A stretch of DNA of 64,000 nt. Source: Giardia intestinalis (lineage: Eukaryota). Shown here piece by piece: positions 42,101 to 54,100 of the stretch (the stretch's first letter is position 1; each line of letters opens with the position of its first letter). The translations under genes and the position numbers were made by a program. The notes under the pieces were generated by a model. The model ran no database searches. It was given only the letters and a program-made list of their open reading frames with translations, and was not told where the DNA came from. Location: assembly GCA_000002435.2 (NCBI GenBank), contig CM018793.1. One strand, given 5' to 3'.

Positions 42101-45100
42101 NNNNNNNNNNNNNNNNNNNNNNNNNNNNNNNNNNNNNNNNNNNNNNNNNNNNNNNNNNNNNNNNNNNNNNNNNNNNNNNNNNNNNNNNNNNNNNNNNNNN
42201 NNNNNNNNNNNNNNNNNNNNNNNNNNNNNNNNNNNNNNNNNNNNNNNNNNNNNNNNNNNNNNNNNNNNNNNNNNNNNNNNNNNNNNNNNNNNNNNNNNNN
42301 NNNNNNNNNNNNNNNNNNNNNNNNNNNNNNNNNNNNNNNNNNNNNNNNNNNNNNNNNNNNNNNNNNNNNNNNNNNNNNNNNNNNNNNNNNNNNNNNNNNN
42401 NNNNNNNNNNNNNNNNNNNNNNNNNNNNNNNNNNNNNNNNNNNNNNNNNNNNNNNNNNNNNNNNNNNNNNNNNNNNNNNNNNNNNNNNNNNNNNNNNNNN
42501 NNNNNNNNNNNNNNNNNNNNNNNNNNNNNNNNNNNNNNNNNNNNNNNNNNNNNNNNNNNNNNNNNNNNNNNNNNNNNNNNNNNNNNNNNNNNNNNNNNNN
42601 NNNNNNNNNNNNNNNNNNNNNNNNNNNNNNNNNNNNNNNNNNNNNNNNNNNNNNNNNNNNNNNNNNNNNNNNNNNNNNNNNNNNNNNNNNNNNNNNNNNN
42701 NNNNNNNNNNNNNNNNNNNNNNNNNNNNNNNNNNNNNNNNNNNNNNNNNNNNNNNNNNNNNNNNNNNNNNNNNNNNNNNNNNNNNNNNNNNNNNNNNNNN
42801 NNNNNNNNNNNNNNNNNNNNNNNNNNNNNNNNNNNNNNNNNNNNNNNNNNNNNNNNNNNNNNNNNNNNNNNNNNNNNNNNNNNNNNNNNNNNNNNNNNNN
42901 NNNNNNNNNNNNNNNNNNNNNNNNNNNNNNNNNNNNNNNNNNNNNNNNNNNNNNNNNNNNNNNNNNNNNNNNNNNNNNNNNNNNNNNNNNNNNNNNNNNN
43001 NNNNNNNNNNNNNNNNNNNNNNNNNNNNNNNNNNNNNNNNNNNNNNNNNNNNNNNNNNNNNNNNNNNNNNNNNNNNNNNNNNNNNNNNNNNNNNNNNNNN
43101 NNNNNNNNNNNNNNNNNNNNNNNNNNNNNNNNNNNNNNNNNNNNNNNNNNNNNNNNNNNNNNNNNNNNNNNNNNNNNNNNNNNNNNNNNNNNNNNNNNNN
43201 NNNNNNNNNNNNNNNNNNNNNNNNNNNNNNNNNNNNNNNNNNNNNNNNNNNNNNNNNNNNNNNNNNNNNNNNNNNNNNNNNNNNNNNNNNNNNNNNNNNN
43301 NNNNNNNNNNNNNNNNNNNNNNNNNNNNNNNNNNNNNNNNNNNNNNNNNNNNNNNNNNNNNNNNNNNNNNNNNNNNNNNNNNNNNNNNNNNNNNNNNNNN
43401 NNNNNNNNNNNNNNNNNNNNNNNNNNNNNNNNNNNNNNNNNNNNNNNNNNNNNNNNNNNNNNNNNNNNNNNNNNNNNNNNNNNNNNNNNNNNNNNNNNNN
43501 NNNNNNNNNNNNNNNNNNNNNNNNNNNNNNNNNNNNNNNNNNNNNNNNNNNNNNNNNNNNNNNNNNNNNNNNNNNNNNNNNNNNNNNNNNNNNNNNNNNN
43601 NNNNNNNNNNNNNNNNNNNNNNNNNNNNNNNNNNNNNNNNNNNNNNNNNNNNNNNNNNNNNNNNNNNNNNNNNNNNNNNNNNNNNNNNNNNNNNNNNNNN
43701 NNNNNNNNNNNNNNNNNNNNNNNNNNNNNNNNNNNNNNNNNNNNNNNNNNNNNNNNNNNNNNNNNNNNNNNNNNNNNNNNNNNNNNNNNNNNNNNNNNNN
43801 NNNNNNNNNNNNNNNNNNNNNNNNNNNNNNNNNNNNNNNNNNNNNNNNNNNNNNNNNNNNNNNNNNNNNNNNNNNNNNNNNNNNNNNNNNNNNNNNNNNN
43901 NNNNNNNNNNNNNNNNNNNNNNNNNNNNNNNNNNNNNNNNNNNNNNNNNNNNNNNNNNNNNNNNNNNNNNNNNNNNNNNNNNNNNNNNNNNNNNNNNNNN
44001 NNNNNNNNNNNNNNNNNNNNNNNNNNNNNNNNNNNNNNNNNNNNNNNNNNNNNNNNNNNNNNNNNNNNNNNNNNNNNNNNNNNNNNNNNNNNNNNNNNNN
44101 NNNNNNNNNNNNNNNNNNNNNNNNNNNNNNNNNNNNNNNNNNNNNNNNNNNNNNNNNNNNNNNNNNNNNNNNNNNNNNNNNNNNNNNNNNNNNNNNNNNN
44201 NNNNNNNNNNNNNNNNNNNNNNNNNNNNNNNNNNNNNNNNNNNNNNNNNNNNNNNNNNNNNNNNNNNNNNNNNNNNNNNNNNNNNNNNNNNNNNNNNNNN
44301 NNNNNNNNNNNNNNNNNNNNNNNNNNNNNNNNNNNNNNNNNNNNNNNNNNNNNNNNNNNNNNNNNNNNNNNNNNNNNNNNNNNNNNNNNNNNNNNNNNNN
44401 NNNNNNNNNNNNNNNNNNNNNNNNNNNNNNNNNNNNNNNNNNNNNNNNNNNNNNNNNNNNNNNNNNNNNNNNNNNNNNNNNNNNNNNNNNNNNNNNNNNN
44501 NNNNNNNNNNNNNNNNNNNNNNNNNNNNNNNNNNNNNNNNNNNNNNNNNNNNNNNNNNNNNNNNNNNNNNNNNNNNNNNNNNNNNNNNNNNNNNNNNNNN
44601 NNNNNNNNNNNNNNNNNNNNNNNNNNNNNNNNNNNNNNNNNNNNNNNNNNNNNNNNNNNNNNNNNNNNNNNNNNNNNNNNNNNNNNNNNNNNNNNNNNNN
44701 NNNNNNNNNNNNNNNNNNNNNNNNNNNNNNNNNNNNNNNNNNNNNNNNNNNNNNNNNNNNNNNNNNNNNNNNNNNNNNNNNNNNNNNNNNNNNNNNNNNN
44801 NNNNNNNNNNNNNNNNNNNNNNNNNNNNNNNNNNNNNNNNNNNNNNNNNNNNNNNNNNNNNNNNNNNNNNNNNNNNNNNNNNNNNNNNNNNNNNNNNNNN
44901 NNNNNNNNNNNNNNNNNNNNNNNNNNNNNNNNNNNNNNNNNNNNNNNNNNNNNNNNNNNNNNNNNNNNNNNNNNNNNNNNNNNNNNNNNNNNNNNNNNNN
45001 NNNNNNNNNNNNNNNNNNNNNNNNNNNNNNNNNNNNNNNNNNNNNNNNNNNNNNNNNNNNNNNNNNNNNNNNNNNNNNNNNNNNNNNNNNNNNNNNNNNN

Positions 45101-48100
45101 NNNNNNNNNNNNNNNNNNNNNNNNNNNNNNNNNNNNNNNNNNNNNNNNNNNNNNNNNNNNNNNNNNNNNNNNNNNNNNNNNNNNNNNNNNNNNNNNNNNN
45201 NNNNNNNNNNNNNNNNNNNNNNNNNNNNNNNNNNNNNNNNNNNNNNNNNNNNNNNNNNNNNNNNNNNNNNNNNNNNNNNNNNNNNNNNNNNNNNNNNNNN
45301 NNNNNNNNNNNNNNNNNNNNNNNNNNNNNNNNNNNNNNNNNNNNNNNNNNNNNNNNNNNNNNNNNNNNNNNNNNNNNNNNNNNNNNNNNNNNNNNNNNNN
45401 NNNNNNNNNNNNNNNNNNNNNNNNNNNNNNNNNNNNNNNNNNNNNNNNNNNNNNNNNNNNNNNNNNNNNNNNNNNNNNNNNNNNNNNNNNNNNNNNNNNN
45501 NNNNNNNNNNNNNNNNNNNNNNNNNNNNNNNNNNNNNNNNNNNNNNNNNNNNNNNNNNNNNNNNNNNNNNNNNNNNNNNNNNNNNNNNNNNNNNNNNNNN
45601 NNNNNNNNNNNNNNNNNNNNNNNNNNNNNNNNNNNNNNNNNNNNNNNNNNNNNNNNNNNNNNNNNNNNNNNNNNNNNNNNNNNNNNNNNNNNNNNNNNNN
45701 NNNNNNNNNNNNNNNNNNNNNNNNNNNNNNNNNNNNNNNNNNNNNNNNNNNNNNNNNNNNNNNNNNNNNNNNNNNNNNNNNNNNNNNNNNNNNNNNNNNN
45801 NNNNNNNNNNNNNNNNNNNNNNNNNNNNNNNNNNNNNNNNNNNNNNNNNNNNNNNNNNNNNNNNNNNNNNNNNNNNNNNNNNNNNNNNNNNNNNNNNNNN
45901 NNNNNNNNNNNNNNNNNNNNNNNNNNNNNNNNNNNNNNNNNNNNNNNNNNNNNNNNNNNNNNNNNNNNNNNNNNNNNNNNNNNNNNNNNNNNNNNNNNNN
46001 NNNNNNNNNNNNNNNNNNNNNNNNNNNNNNNNNNNNNNNNNNNNNNNNNNNNNNNNNNNNNNNNNNNNNNNNNNNNNNNNNNNNNNNNNNNNNNNNNNNN
46101 NNNNNNNNNNNNNNNNNNNNNNNNNNNNNNNNNNNNNNNNNNNNNNNNNNNNNNNNNNNNNNNNNNNNNNNNNNNNNNNNNNNNNNNNNNNNNNNNNNNN
46201 NNNNNNNNNNNNNNNNNNNNNNNNNNNNNNNNNNNNNNNNNNNNNNNNNNNNNNNNNNNNNNNNNNNNNNNNNNNNNNNNNNNNNNNNNNNNNNNNNNNN
46301 NNNNNNNNNNNNNNNNNNNNNNNNNNNNNNNNNNNNNNNNNNNNNNNNNNNNNNNNNNNNNNNNNNNNNNNNNNNNNNNNNNNNNNNNNNNNNNNNNNNN
46401 NNNNNNNNNNNNNNNNNNNNNNNNNNNNNNNNNNNNNNNNNNNNNNNNNNNNNNNNNNNNNNNNNNNNNNNNNNNNNNNNNNNNNNNNNNNNNNNNNNNN
46501 NNNNNNNNNNNNNNNNNNNNNNNNNNNNNNNNNNNNNNNNNNNNNNNNNNNNNNNNNNNNNNNNNNNNNNNNNNNNNNNNNNNNNNNNNNNNNNNNNNNN
46601 NNNNNNNNNNNNNNNNNNNNNNNNNNNNNNNNNNNNNNNNNNNNNNNNNNNNNNNNNNNNNNNNNNNNNNNNNNNNNNNNNNNNNNNNNNNNNNNNNNNN
46701 NNNNNNNNNNNNNNNNNNNNNNNNNNNNNNNNNNNNNNNNNNNNNNNNNNNNNNNNNNNNNNNNNNNNNNNNNNNNNNNNNNNNNNNNNNNNNNNNNNNN
46801 NNNNNNNNNNNNNNNNNNNNNNNNNNNNNNNNNNNNNNNNNNNNNNNNNNNNNNNNNNNNNNNNNNNNNNNNNNNNNNNNNNNNNNNNNNNNNNNNNNNN
46901 NNNNNNNNNNNNNNNNNNNNNNNNNNNNNNNNNNNNNNNNNNNNNNNNNNNNNNNNNNNNNNNNNNNNNNNNNNNNNNNNNNNNNNNNNNNNNNNNNNNN
47001 NNNNNNNNNNNNNNNNNNNNNNNNNNNNNNNNNNNNNNNNNNNNNNNNNNNNNNNNNNNNNNNNNNNNNNNNNNNNNNNNNNNNNNNNNNNNNNNNNNNN
47101 NNNNNNNNNNNNNNNNNNNNNNNNNNNNNNNNNNNNNNNNNNNNNNNNNNNNNNNNNNNNNNNNNNNNNNNNNNNNNNNNNNNNNNNNNNNNNNNNNNNN
47201 NNNNNNNNNNNNNNNNNNNNNNNNNNNNNNNNNNNNNNNNNNNNNNNNNNNNNNNNNNNNNNNNNNNNNNNNNNNNNNNNNNNNNNNNNNNNNNNNNNNN
47301 NNNNNNNNNNNNNNNNNNNNNNNNNNNNNNNNNNNNNNNNNNNNNNNNNNNNNNNNNNNNNNNNNNNNNNNNNNNNNNNNNNNNNNNNNNNNNNNNNNNN
47401 NNNNNNNNNNNNNNNNNNNNNNNNNNNNNNNNNNNNNNNNNNNNNNNNNNNNNNNNNNNNNNNNNNNNNNNNNNNNNNNNNNNNNNNNNNNNNNNNNNNN
47501 NNNNNNNNNNNNNNNNNNNNNNNNNNNNNNNNNNNNNNNNNNNNNNNNNNNNNNNNNNNNNNNNNNNNNNNNNNNNNNNNNNNNNNNNNNNNNNNNNNNN
47601 NNNNNNNNNNNNNNNNNNNNNNNNNNNNNNNNNNNNNNNNNNNNNNNNNNNNNNNNNNNNNNNNNNNNNNNNNNNNNNNNNNNNNNNNNNNNNNNNNNNN
47701 NNNNNNNNNNNNNNNNNNNNNNNNNNNNNNNNNNNNNNNNNNNNNNNNNNNNNNNNNNNNNNNNNNNNNNNNNNNNNNNNNNNNNNNNNNNNNNNNNNNN
47801 NNNNNNNNNNNNNNNNNNNNNNNNNNNNNNNNNNNNNNNNNNNNNNNNNNNNNNNNNNNNNNNNNNNNNNNNNNNNNNNNNNNNNNNNNNNNNNNNNNNN
47901 NNNNNNNNNNNNNNNNNNNNNNNNNNNNNNNNNNNNNNNNNNNNNNNNNNNNNNNNNNNNNNNNNNNNNNNNNNNNNNNNNNNNNNNNNNNNNNNNNNNN
48001 NNNNNNNNNNNNNNNNNNNNNNNNNNNNNNNNNNNNNNNNNNNNNNNNNNNNNNNNNNNNNNNNNNNNNNNNNNNNNNNNNNNNNNNNNNNNNNNNNNNN

Positions 48101-51100
48101 NNNNNNNNNNNNNNNNNNNNNNNNNNNNNNNNNNNNNNNNNNNNNNNNNNNNNNNNNNNNNNNNNNNNNNNNNNNNNNNNNNNNNNNNNNNNNNNNNNNN
48201 NNNNNNNNNNNNNNNNNNNNNNNNNNNNNNNNNNNNNNNNNNNNNNNNNNNNNNNNNNNNNNNNNNNNNNNNNNNNNNNNNNNNNNNNNNNNNNNNNNNN
48301 NNNNNNNNNNNNNNNNNNNNNNNNNNNNNNNNNNNNNNNNNNNNNNNNNNNNNNNNNNNNNNNNNNNNNNNNNNNNNNNNNNNNNNNNNNNNNNNNNNNN
48401 NNNNNNNNNNNNNNNNNNNNNNNNNNNNNNNNNNNNNNNNNNNNNNNNNNNNNNNNNNNNNNNNNNNNNNNNNNNNNNNNNNNNNNNNNNNNNNNNNNNN
48501 NNNNNNNNNNNNNNNNNNNNNNNNNNNNNNNNNNNNNNNNNNNNNNNNNNNNNNNNNNNNNNNNNNNNNNNNNNNNNNNNNNNNNNNNNNNNNNNNNNNN
48601 NNNNNNNNNNNNNNNNNNNNNNNNNNNNNNNNNNNNNNNNNNNNNNNNNNNNNNNNNNNNNNNNNNNNNNNNNNNNNNNNNNNNNNNNNNNNNNNNNNNN
48701 NNNNNNNNNNNNNNNNNNNNNNNNNNNNNNNNNNNNNNNNNNNNNNNNNNNNNNNNNNNNNNNNNNNNNNNNNNNNNNNNNNNNNNNNNNNNNNNNNNNN
48801 NNNNNNNNNNNNNNNNNNNNNNNNNNNNNNNNNNNNNNNNNNNNNNNNNNNNNNNNNNNNNNNNNNNNNNNNNNNNNNNNNNNNNNNNNNNNNNNNNNNN
48901 NNNNNNNNNNNNNNNNNNNNNNNNNNNNNNNNNNNNNNNNNNNNNNNNNNNNNNNNNNNNNNNNNNNNNNNNNNNNNNNNNNNNNNNNNNNNNNNNNNNN
49001 NNNNNNNNNNNNNNNNNNNNNNNNNNNNNNNNNNNNNNNNNNNNNNNNNNNNNNNNNNNNNNNNNNNNNNNNNNNNNNNNNNNNNNNNNNNNNNNNNNNN
49101 NNNNNNNNNNNNNNNNNNNNNNNNNNNNNNNNNNNNNNNNNNNNNNNNNNNNNNNNNNNNNNNNNNNNNNNNNNNNNNNNNNNNNNNNNNNNNNNNNNNN
49201 NNNNNNNNNNNNNNNNNNNNNNNNNNNNNNNNNNNNNNNNNNNNNNNNNNNNNNNNNNNNNNNNNNNNNNNNNNNNNNNNNNNNNNNNNNNNNNNNNNNN
49301 NNNNNNNNNNNNNNNNNNNNNNNNNNNNNNNNNNNNNNNNNNNNNNNNNNNNNNNNNNNNNNNNNNNNNNNNNNNNNNNNNNNNNNNNNNNNNNNNNNNN
49401 NNNNNNNNNNNNNNNNNNNNNNNNNNNNNNNNNNNNNNNNNNNNNNNNNNNNNNNNNNNNNNNNNNNNNNNNNNNNNNNNNNNNNNNNNNNNNNNNNNNN
49501 NNNNNNNNNNNNNNNNNNNNNNNNNNNNNNNNNNNNNNNNNNNNNNNNNNNNNNNNNNNNNNNNNNNNNNNNNNNNNNNNNNNNNNNNNNNNNNNNNNNN
49601 NNNNNNNNNNNNNNNNNNNNNNNNNNNNNNNNNNNNNNNNNNNNNNNNNNNNNNNNNNNNNNNNNNNNNNNNNNNNNNNNNNNNNNNNNNNNNNNNNNNN
49701 NNNNNNNNNNNNNNNNNNNNNNNNNNNNNNNNNNNNNNNNNNNNNNNNNNNNNNNNNNNNNNNNNNNNNNNNNNNNNNNNNNNNNNNNNNNNNNNNNNNN
49801 NNNNNNNNNNNNNNNNNNNNNNNNNNNNNNNNNNNNNNNNNNNNNNNNNNNNNNNNNNNNNNNNNNNNNNNNNNNNNNNNNNNNNNNNNNNNNNNNNNNN
49901 NNNNNNNNNNNNNNNNNNNNNNNNNNNNNNNNNNNNNNNNNNNNNNNNNNNNNNNNNNNNNNNNNNNNNNNNNNNNNNNNNNNNNNNNNNNNNNNNNNNN
50001 NNNNNNNNNNNNNNNNNNNNNNNNNNNNNNNNNNNNNNNNNNNNNNNNNNNNNNNNNNNNNNNNNNNNNNNNNNNNNNNNNNNNNNNNNNNNNNNNNNNN
50101 NNNNNNNNNNNNNNNNNNNNNNNNNNNNNNNNNNNNNNNNNNNNNNNNNNNNNNNNNNNNNNNNNNNNNNNNNNNNNNNNNNNNNNNNNNNNNNNNNNNN
50201 NNNNNNNNNNNNNNNNNNNNNNNNNNNNNNNNNNNNNNNNNNNNNNNNNNNNNNNNNNNNNNNNNNNNNNNNNNNNNNNNNNNNNNNNNNNNNNNNNNNN
50301 NNNNNNNNNNNNNNNNNNNNNNNNNNNNNNNNNNNNNNNNNNNNNNNNNNNNNNNNNNNNNNNNNNNNNNNNNNNNNNNNNNNNNNNNNNNNNNNNNNNN
50401 NNNNNNNNNNNNNNNNNNNNNNNNNNNNNNNNNNNNNNNNNNNNNNNNNNNNNNNNNNNNNNNNNNNNNNNNNNNNNNNNNNNNNNNNNNNNNNNNNNNN
50501 NNNNNNNNNNNNNNNNNNNNNNNNNNNNNNNNNNNNNNNNNNNNNNNNNNNNNNNNNNNNNNNNNNNNNNNNNNNNNNNNNNNNNNNNNNNNNNNNNNNN
50601 NNNNNNNNNNNNNNNNNNNNNNNNNNNNNNNNNNNNNNNNNNNNNNNNNNNNNNNNNNNNNNNNNNNNNNNNNNNNNNNNNNNNNNNNNNNNNNNNNNNN
50701 NNNNNNNNNNNNNNNNNNNNNNNNNNNNNNNNNNNNNNNNNNNNNNNNNNNNNNNNNNNNNNNNNNNNNNNNNNNNNNNNNNNNNNNNNNNNNNNNNNNN
50801 NNNNNNNNNNNNNNNNNNNNNNNNNNNNNNNNNNNNNNNNNNNNNNNNNNNNNNNNNNNNNNNNNNNNNNNNNNNNNNNNNNNNNNNNNNNNNNNNNNNN
50901 NNNNNNNNNNNNNNNNNNNNNNNNNNNNNNNNNNNNNNNNNNNNNNNNNNNNNNNNNNNNNNNNNNNNNNNNNNNNNNNNNNNNNNNNNNNNNNNNNNNN
51001 NNNNNNNNNNNNNNNNNNNNNNNNNNNNNNNNNNNNNNNNNNNNNNNNNNNNNNNNNNNNNNNNNNNNNNNNNNNNNNNNNNNNNNNNNNNNNNNNNNNN

Positions 51101-54100
51101 NNNNNNNNNNNNNNNNNNNNNNNNNNNNNNNNNNNNNNNNNNNNNNNNNNNNNNNNNNNNNNNNNNNNNNNNNNNNNNNNNNNNNNNNNNNNNNNNNNNN
51201 NNNNNNNNNNNNNNNNNNNNNNNNNNNNNNNNNNNNNNNNNNNNNNNNNNNNNNNNNNNNNNNNNNNNNNNNNNNNNNNNNNNNNNNNNNNNNNNNNNNN
51301 NNNNNNNNNNNNNNNNNNNNNNNNNNNNNNNNNNNNNNNNNNNNNNNNNNNNNNNNNNNNNNNNNNNNNNNNNNNNNNNNNNNNNNNNNNNNNNNNNNNN
51401 NNNNNNNNNNNNNNNNNNNNNNNNNNNNNNNNNNNNNNNNNNNNNNNNNNNNNNNNNNNNNNNNNNNNNNNNNNNNNNNNNNNNNNNNNNNNNNNNNNNN
51501 NNNNNNNNNNNNNNNNNNNNNNNNNNNNNNNNNNNNNNNNNNNNNNNNNNNNNNNNNNNNNNNNNNNNNNNNNNNNNNNNNNNNNNNNNNNNNNNNNNNN
51601 NNNNNNNNNNNNNNNNNNNNNNNNNNNNNNNNNNNNNNNNNNNNNNNNNNNNNNNNNNNNNNNNNNNNNNNNNNNNNNNNNNNNNNNNNNNNNNNNNNNN
51701 NNNNNNNNNNNNNNNNNNNNNNNNNNNNNNNNNNNNNNNNNNNNNNNNNNNNNNNNNNNNNNNNNNNNNNNNNNNNNNNNNNNNNNNNNNNNNNNNNNNN
51801 NNNNNNNNNNNNNNNNNNNNNNNNNNNNNNNNNNNNNNNNNNNNNNNNNNNNNNNNNNNNNNNNNNNNNNNNNNNNNNNNNNNNNNNNNNNNNNNNNNNN
51901 NNNNNNNNNNNNNNNNNNNNNNNNNNNNNNNNNNNNNNNNNNNNNNNNNNNNNNNNNNNNNNNNNNNNNNNNNNNNNNNNNNNNNNNNNNNNNNNNNNNN
52001 NNNNNNNNNNNNNNNNNNNNNNNNNNNNNNNNNNNNNNNNNNNNNNNNNNNNNNNNNNNNNNNNNNNNNNNNNNNNNNNNNNNNNNNNNNNNNNNNNNNN
52101 NNNNNNNNNNNNNNNNNNNNNNNNNNNNNNNNNNNNNNNNNNNNNNNNNNNNNNNNNNNNNNNNNNNNNNNNNNNNNNNNNNNNNNNNNNNNNNNNNNNN
52201 NNNNNNNNNNNNNNNNNNNNNNNNNNNNNNNNNNNNNNNNNNNNNNNNNNNNNNNNNNNNNNNNNNNNNNNNNNNNNNNNNNNNNNNNNNNNNNNNNNNN
52301 NNNNNNNNNNNNNNNNNNNNNNNNNNNNNNNNNNNNNNNNNNNNNNNNNNNNNNNNNNNNNNNNNNNNNNNNNNNNNNNNNNNNNNNNNNNNNNNNNNNN
52401 NNNNNNNNNNNNNNNNNNNNNNNNNNNNNNNNNNNNNNNNNNNNNNNNNNNNNNNNNNNNNNNNNNNNNNNNNNNNNNNNNNNNNNNNNNNNNNNNNNNN
52501 NNNNNNNNNNNNNNNNNNNNNNNNNNNNNNNNNNNNNNNNNNNNNNNNNNNNNNNNNNNNNNNNNNNNNNNNNNNNNNNNNNNNNNNNNNNNNNNNNNNN
52601 NNNNNNNNNNNNNNNNNNNNNNNNNNNNNNNNNNNNNNNNNNNNNNNNNNNNNNNNNNNNNNNNNNNNNNNNNNNNNNNNNNNNNNNNNNNNNNNNNNNN
52701 NNNNNNNNNNNNNNNNNNNNNNNNNNNNNNNNNNNNNNNNNNNNNNNNNNNNNNNNNNNNNNNNNNNNNNNNNNNNNNNNNNNNNNNNNNNNNNNNNNNN
52801 NNNNNNNNNNNNNNNNNNNNNNNNNNNNNNNNNNNNNNNNNNNNNNNNNNNNNNNNNNNNNNNNNNNNNNNNNNNNNNNNNNNNNNNNNNNNNNNNNNNN
52901 NNNNNNNNNNNNNNNNNNNNNNNNNNNNNNNNNNNNNNNNNNNNNNNNNNNNNNNNNNNNNNNNNNNNNNNNNNNNNNNNNNNNNNNNNNNNNNNNNNNN
53001 NNNNNNNNNNNNNNNNNNNNNNNNNNNNNNNNNNNNNNNNNNNNNNNNNNNNNNNNNNNNNNNNNNNNNNNNNNNNNNNNNNNNNNNNNNNNNNNNNNNN
53101 NNNNNNNNNNNNNNNNNNNNNNNNNNNNNNNNNNNNNNNNNNNNNNNNNNNNNNNNNNNNNNNNNNNNNNNNNNNNNNNNNNNNNNNNNNNNNNNNNNNN
53201 NNNNNNNNNNNNNNNNNNNNNNNNNNNNNNNNNNNNNNNNNNNNNNNNNNNNNNNNNNNNNNNNNNNNNNNNNNNNNNNNNNNNNNNNNNNNNNNNNNNN
53301 NNNNNNNNNNNNNNNNNNNNNNNNNNNNNNNNNNNNNNNNNNNNNNNNNNNNNNNNNNNNNNNNNNNNNNNNNNNNNNNNNNNNNNNNNNNNNNNNNNNN
53401 NNNNNNNNNNNNNNNNNNNNNNNNNNNNNNNNNNNNNNNNNNNNNNNNNNNNNNNNNNNNNNNNNNNNNNNNNNNNNNNNNNNNNNNNNNNNNNNNNNNN
53501 NNNNNNNNNNNNNNNNNNNNNNNNNNNNNNNNNNNNNNNNNNNNNNNNNNNNNNNNNNNNNNNNNNNNNNNNNNNNNNNNNNNNNNNNNNNNNNNNNNNN
53601 NNNNNNNNNNNNNNNNNNNNNNNNNNNNNNNNNNNNNNNNNNNNNNNNNNNNNNNNNNNNNNNNNNNNNNNNNNNNNNNNNNNNNNNNNNNNNNNNNNNN
53701 NNNNNNNNNNNNNNNNNNNNNNNNNNNNNNNNNNNNNNNNNNNNNNNNNNNNNNNNNNNNNNNNNNNNNNNNNNNNNNNNNNNNNNNNNNNNNNNNNNNN
53801 NNNNNNNNNNNNNNNNNNNNNNNNNNNNNNNNNNNNNNNNNNNNNNNNNNNNNNNNNNNNNNNNNNNNNNNNNNNNNNNNNNNNNNNNNNNNNNNNNNNN
53901 NNNNNNNNNNNNNNNNNNNNNNNNNNNNNNNNNNNNNNNNNNNNNNNNNNNNNNNNNNNNNNNNNNNNNNNNNNNNNNNNNNNNNNNNNNNNNNNNNNNN
54001 NNNNNNNNNNNNNNNNNNNNNNNNNNNNNNNNNNNNNNNNNNNNNNNNNNNNNNNNNNNNNNNNNNNNNNNNNNNNNNNNNNNNNNNNNNNNNNNNNNNN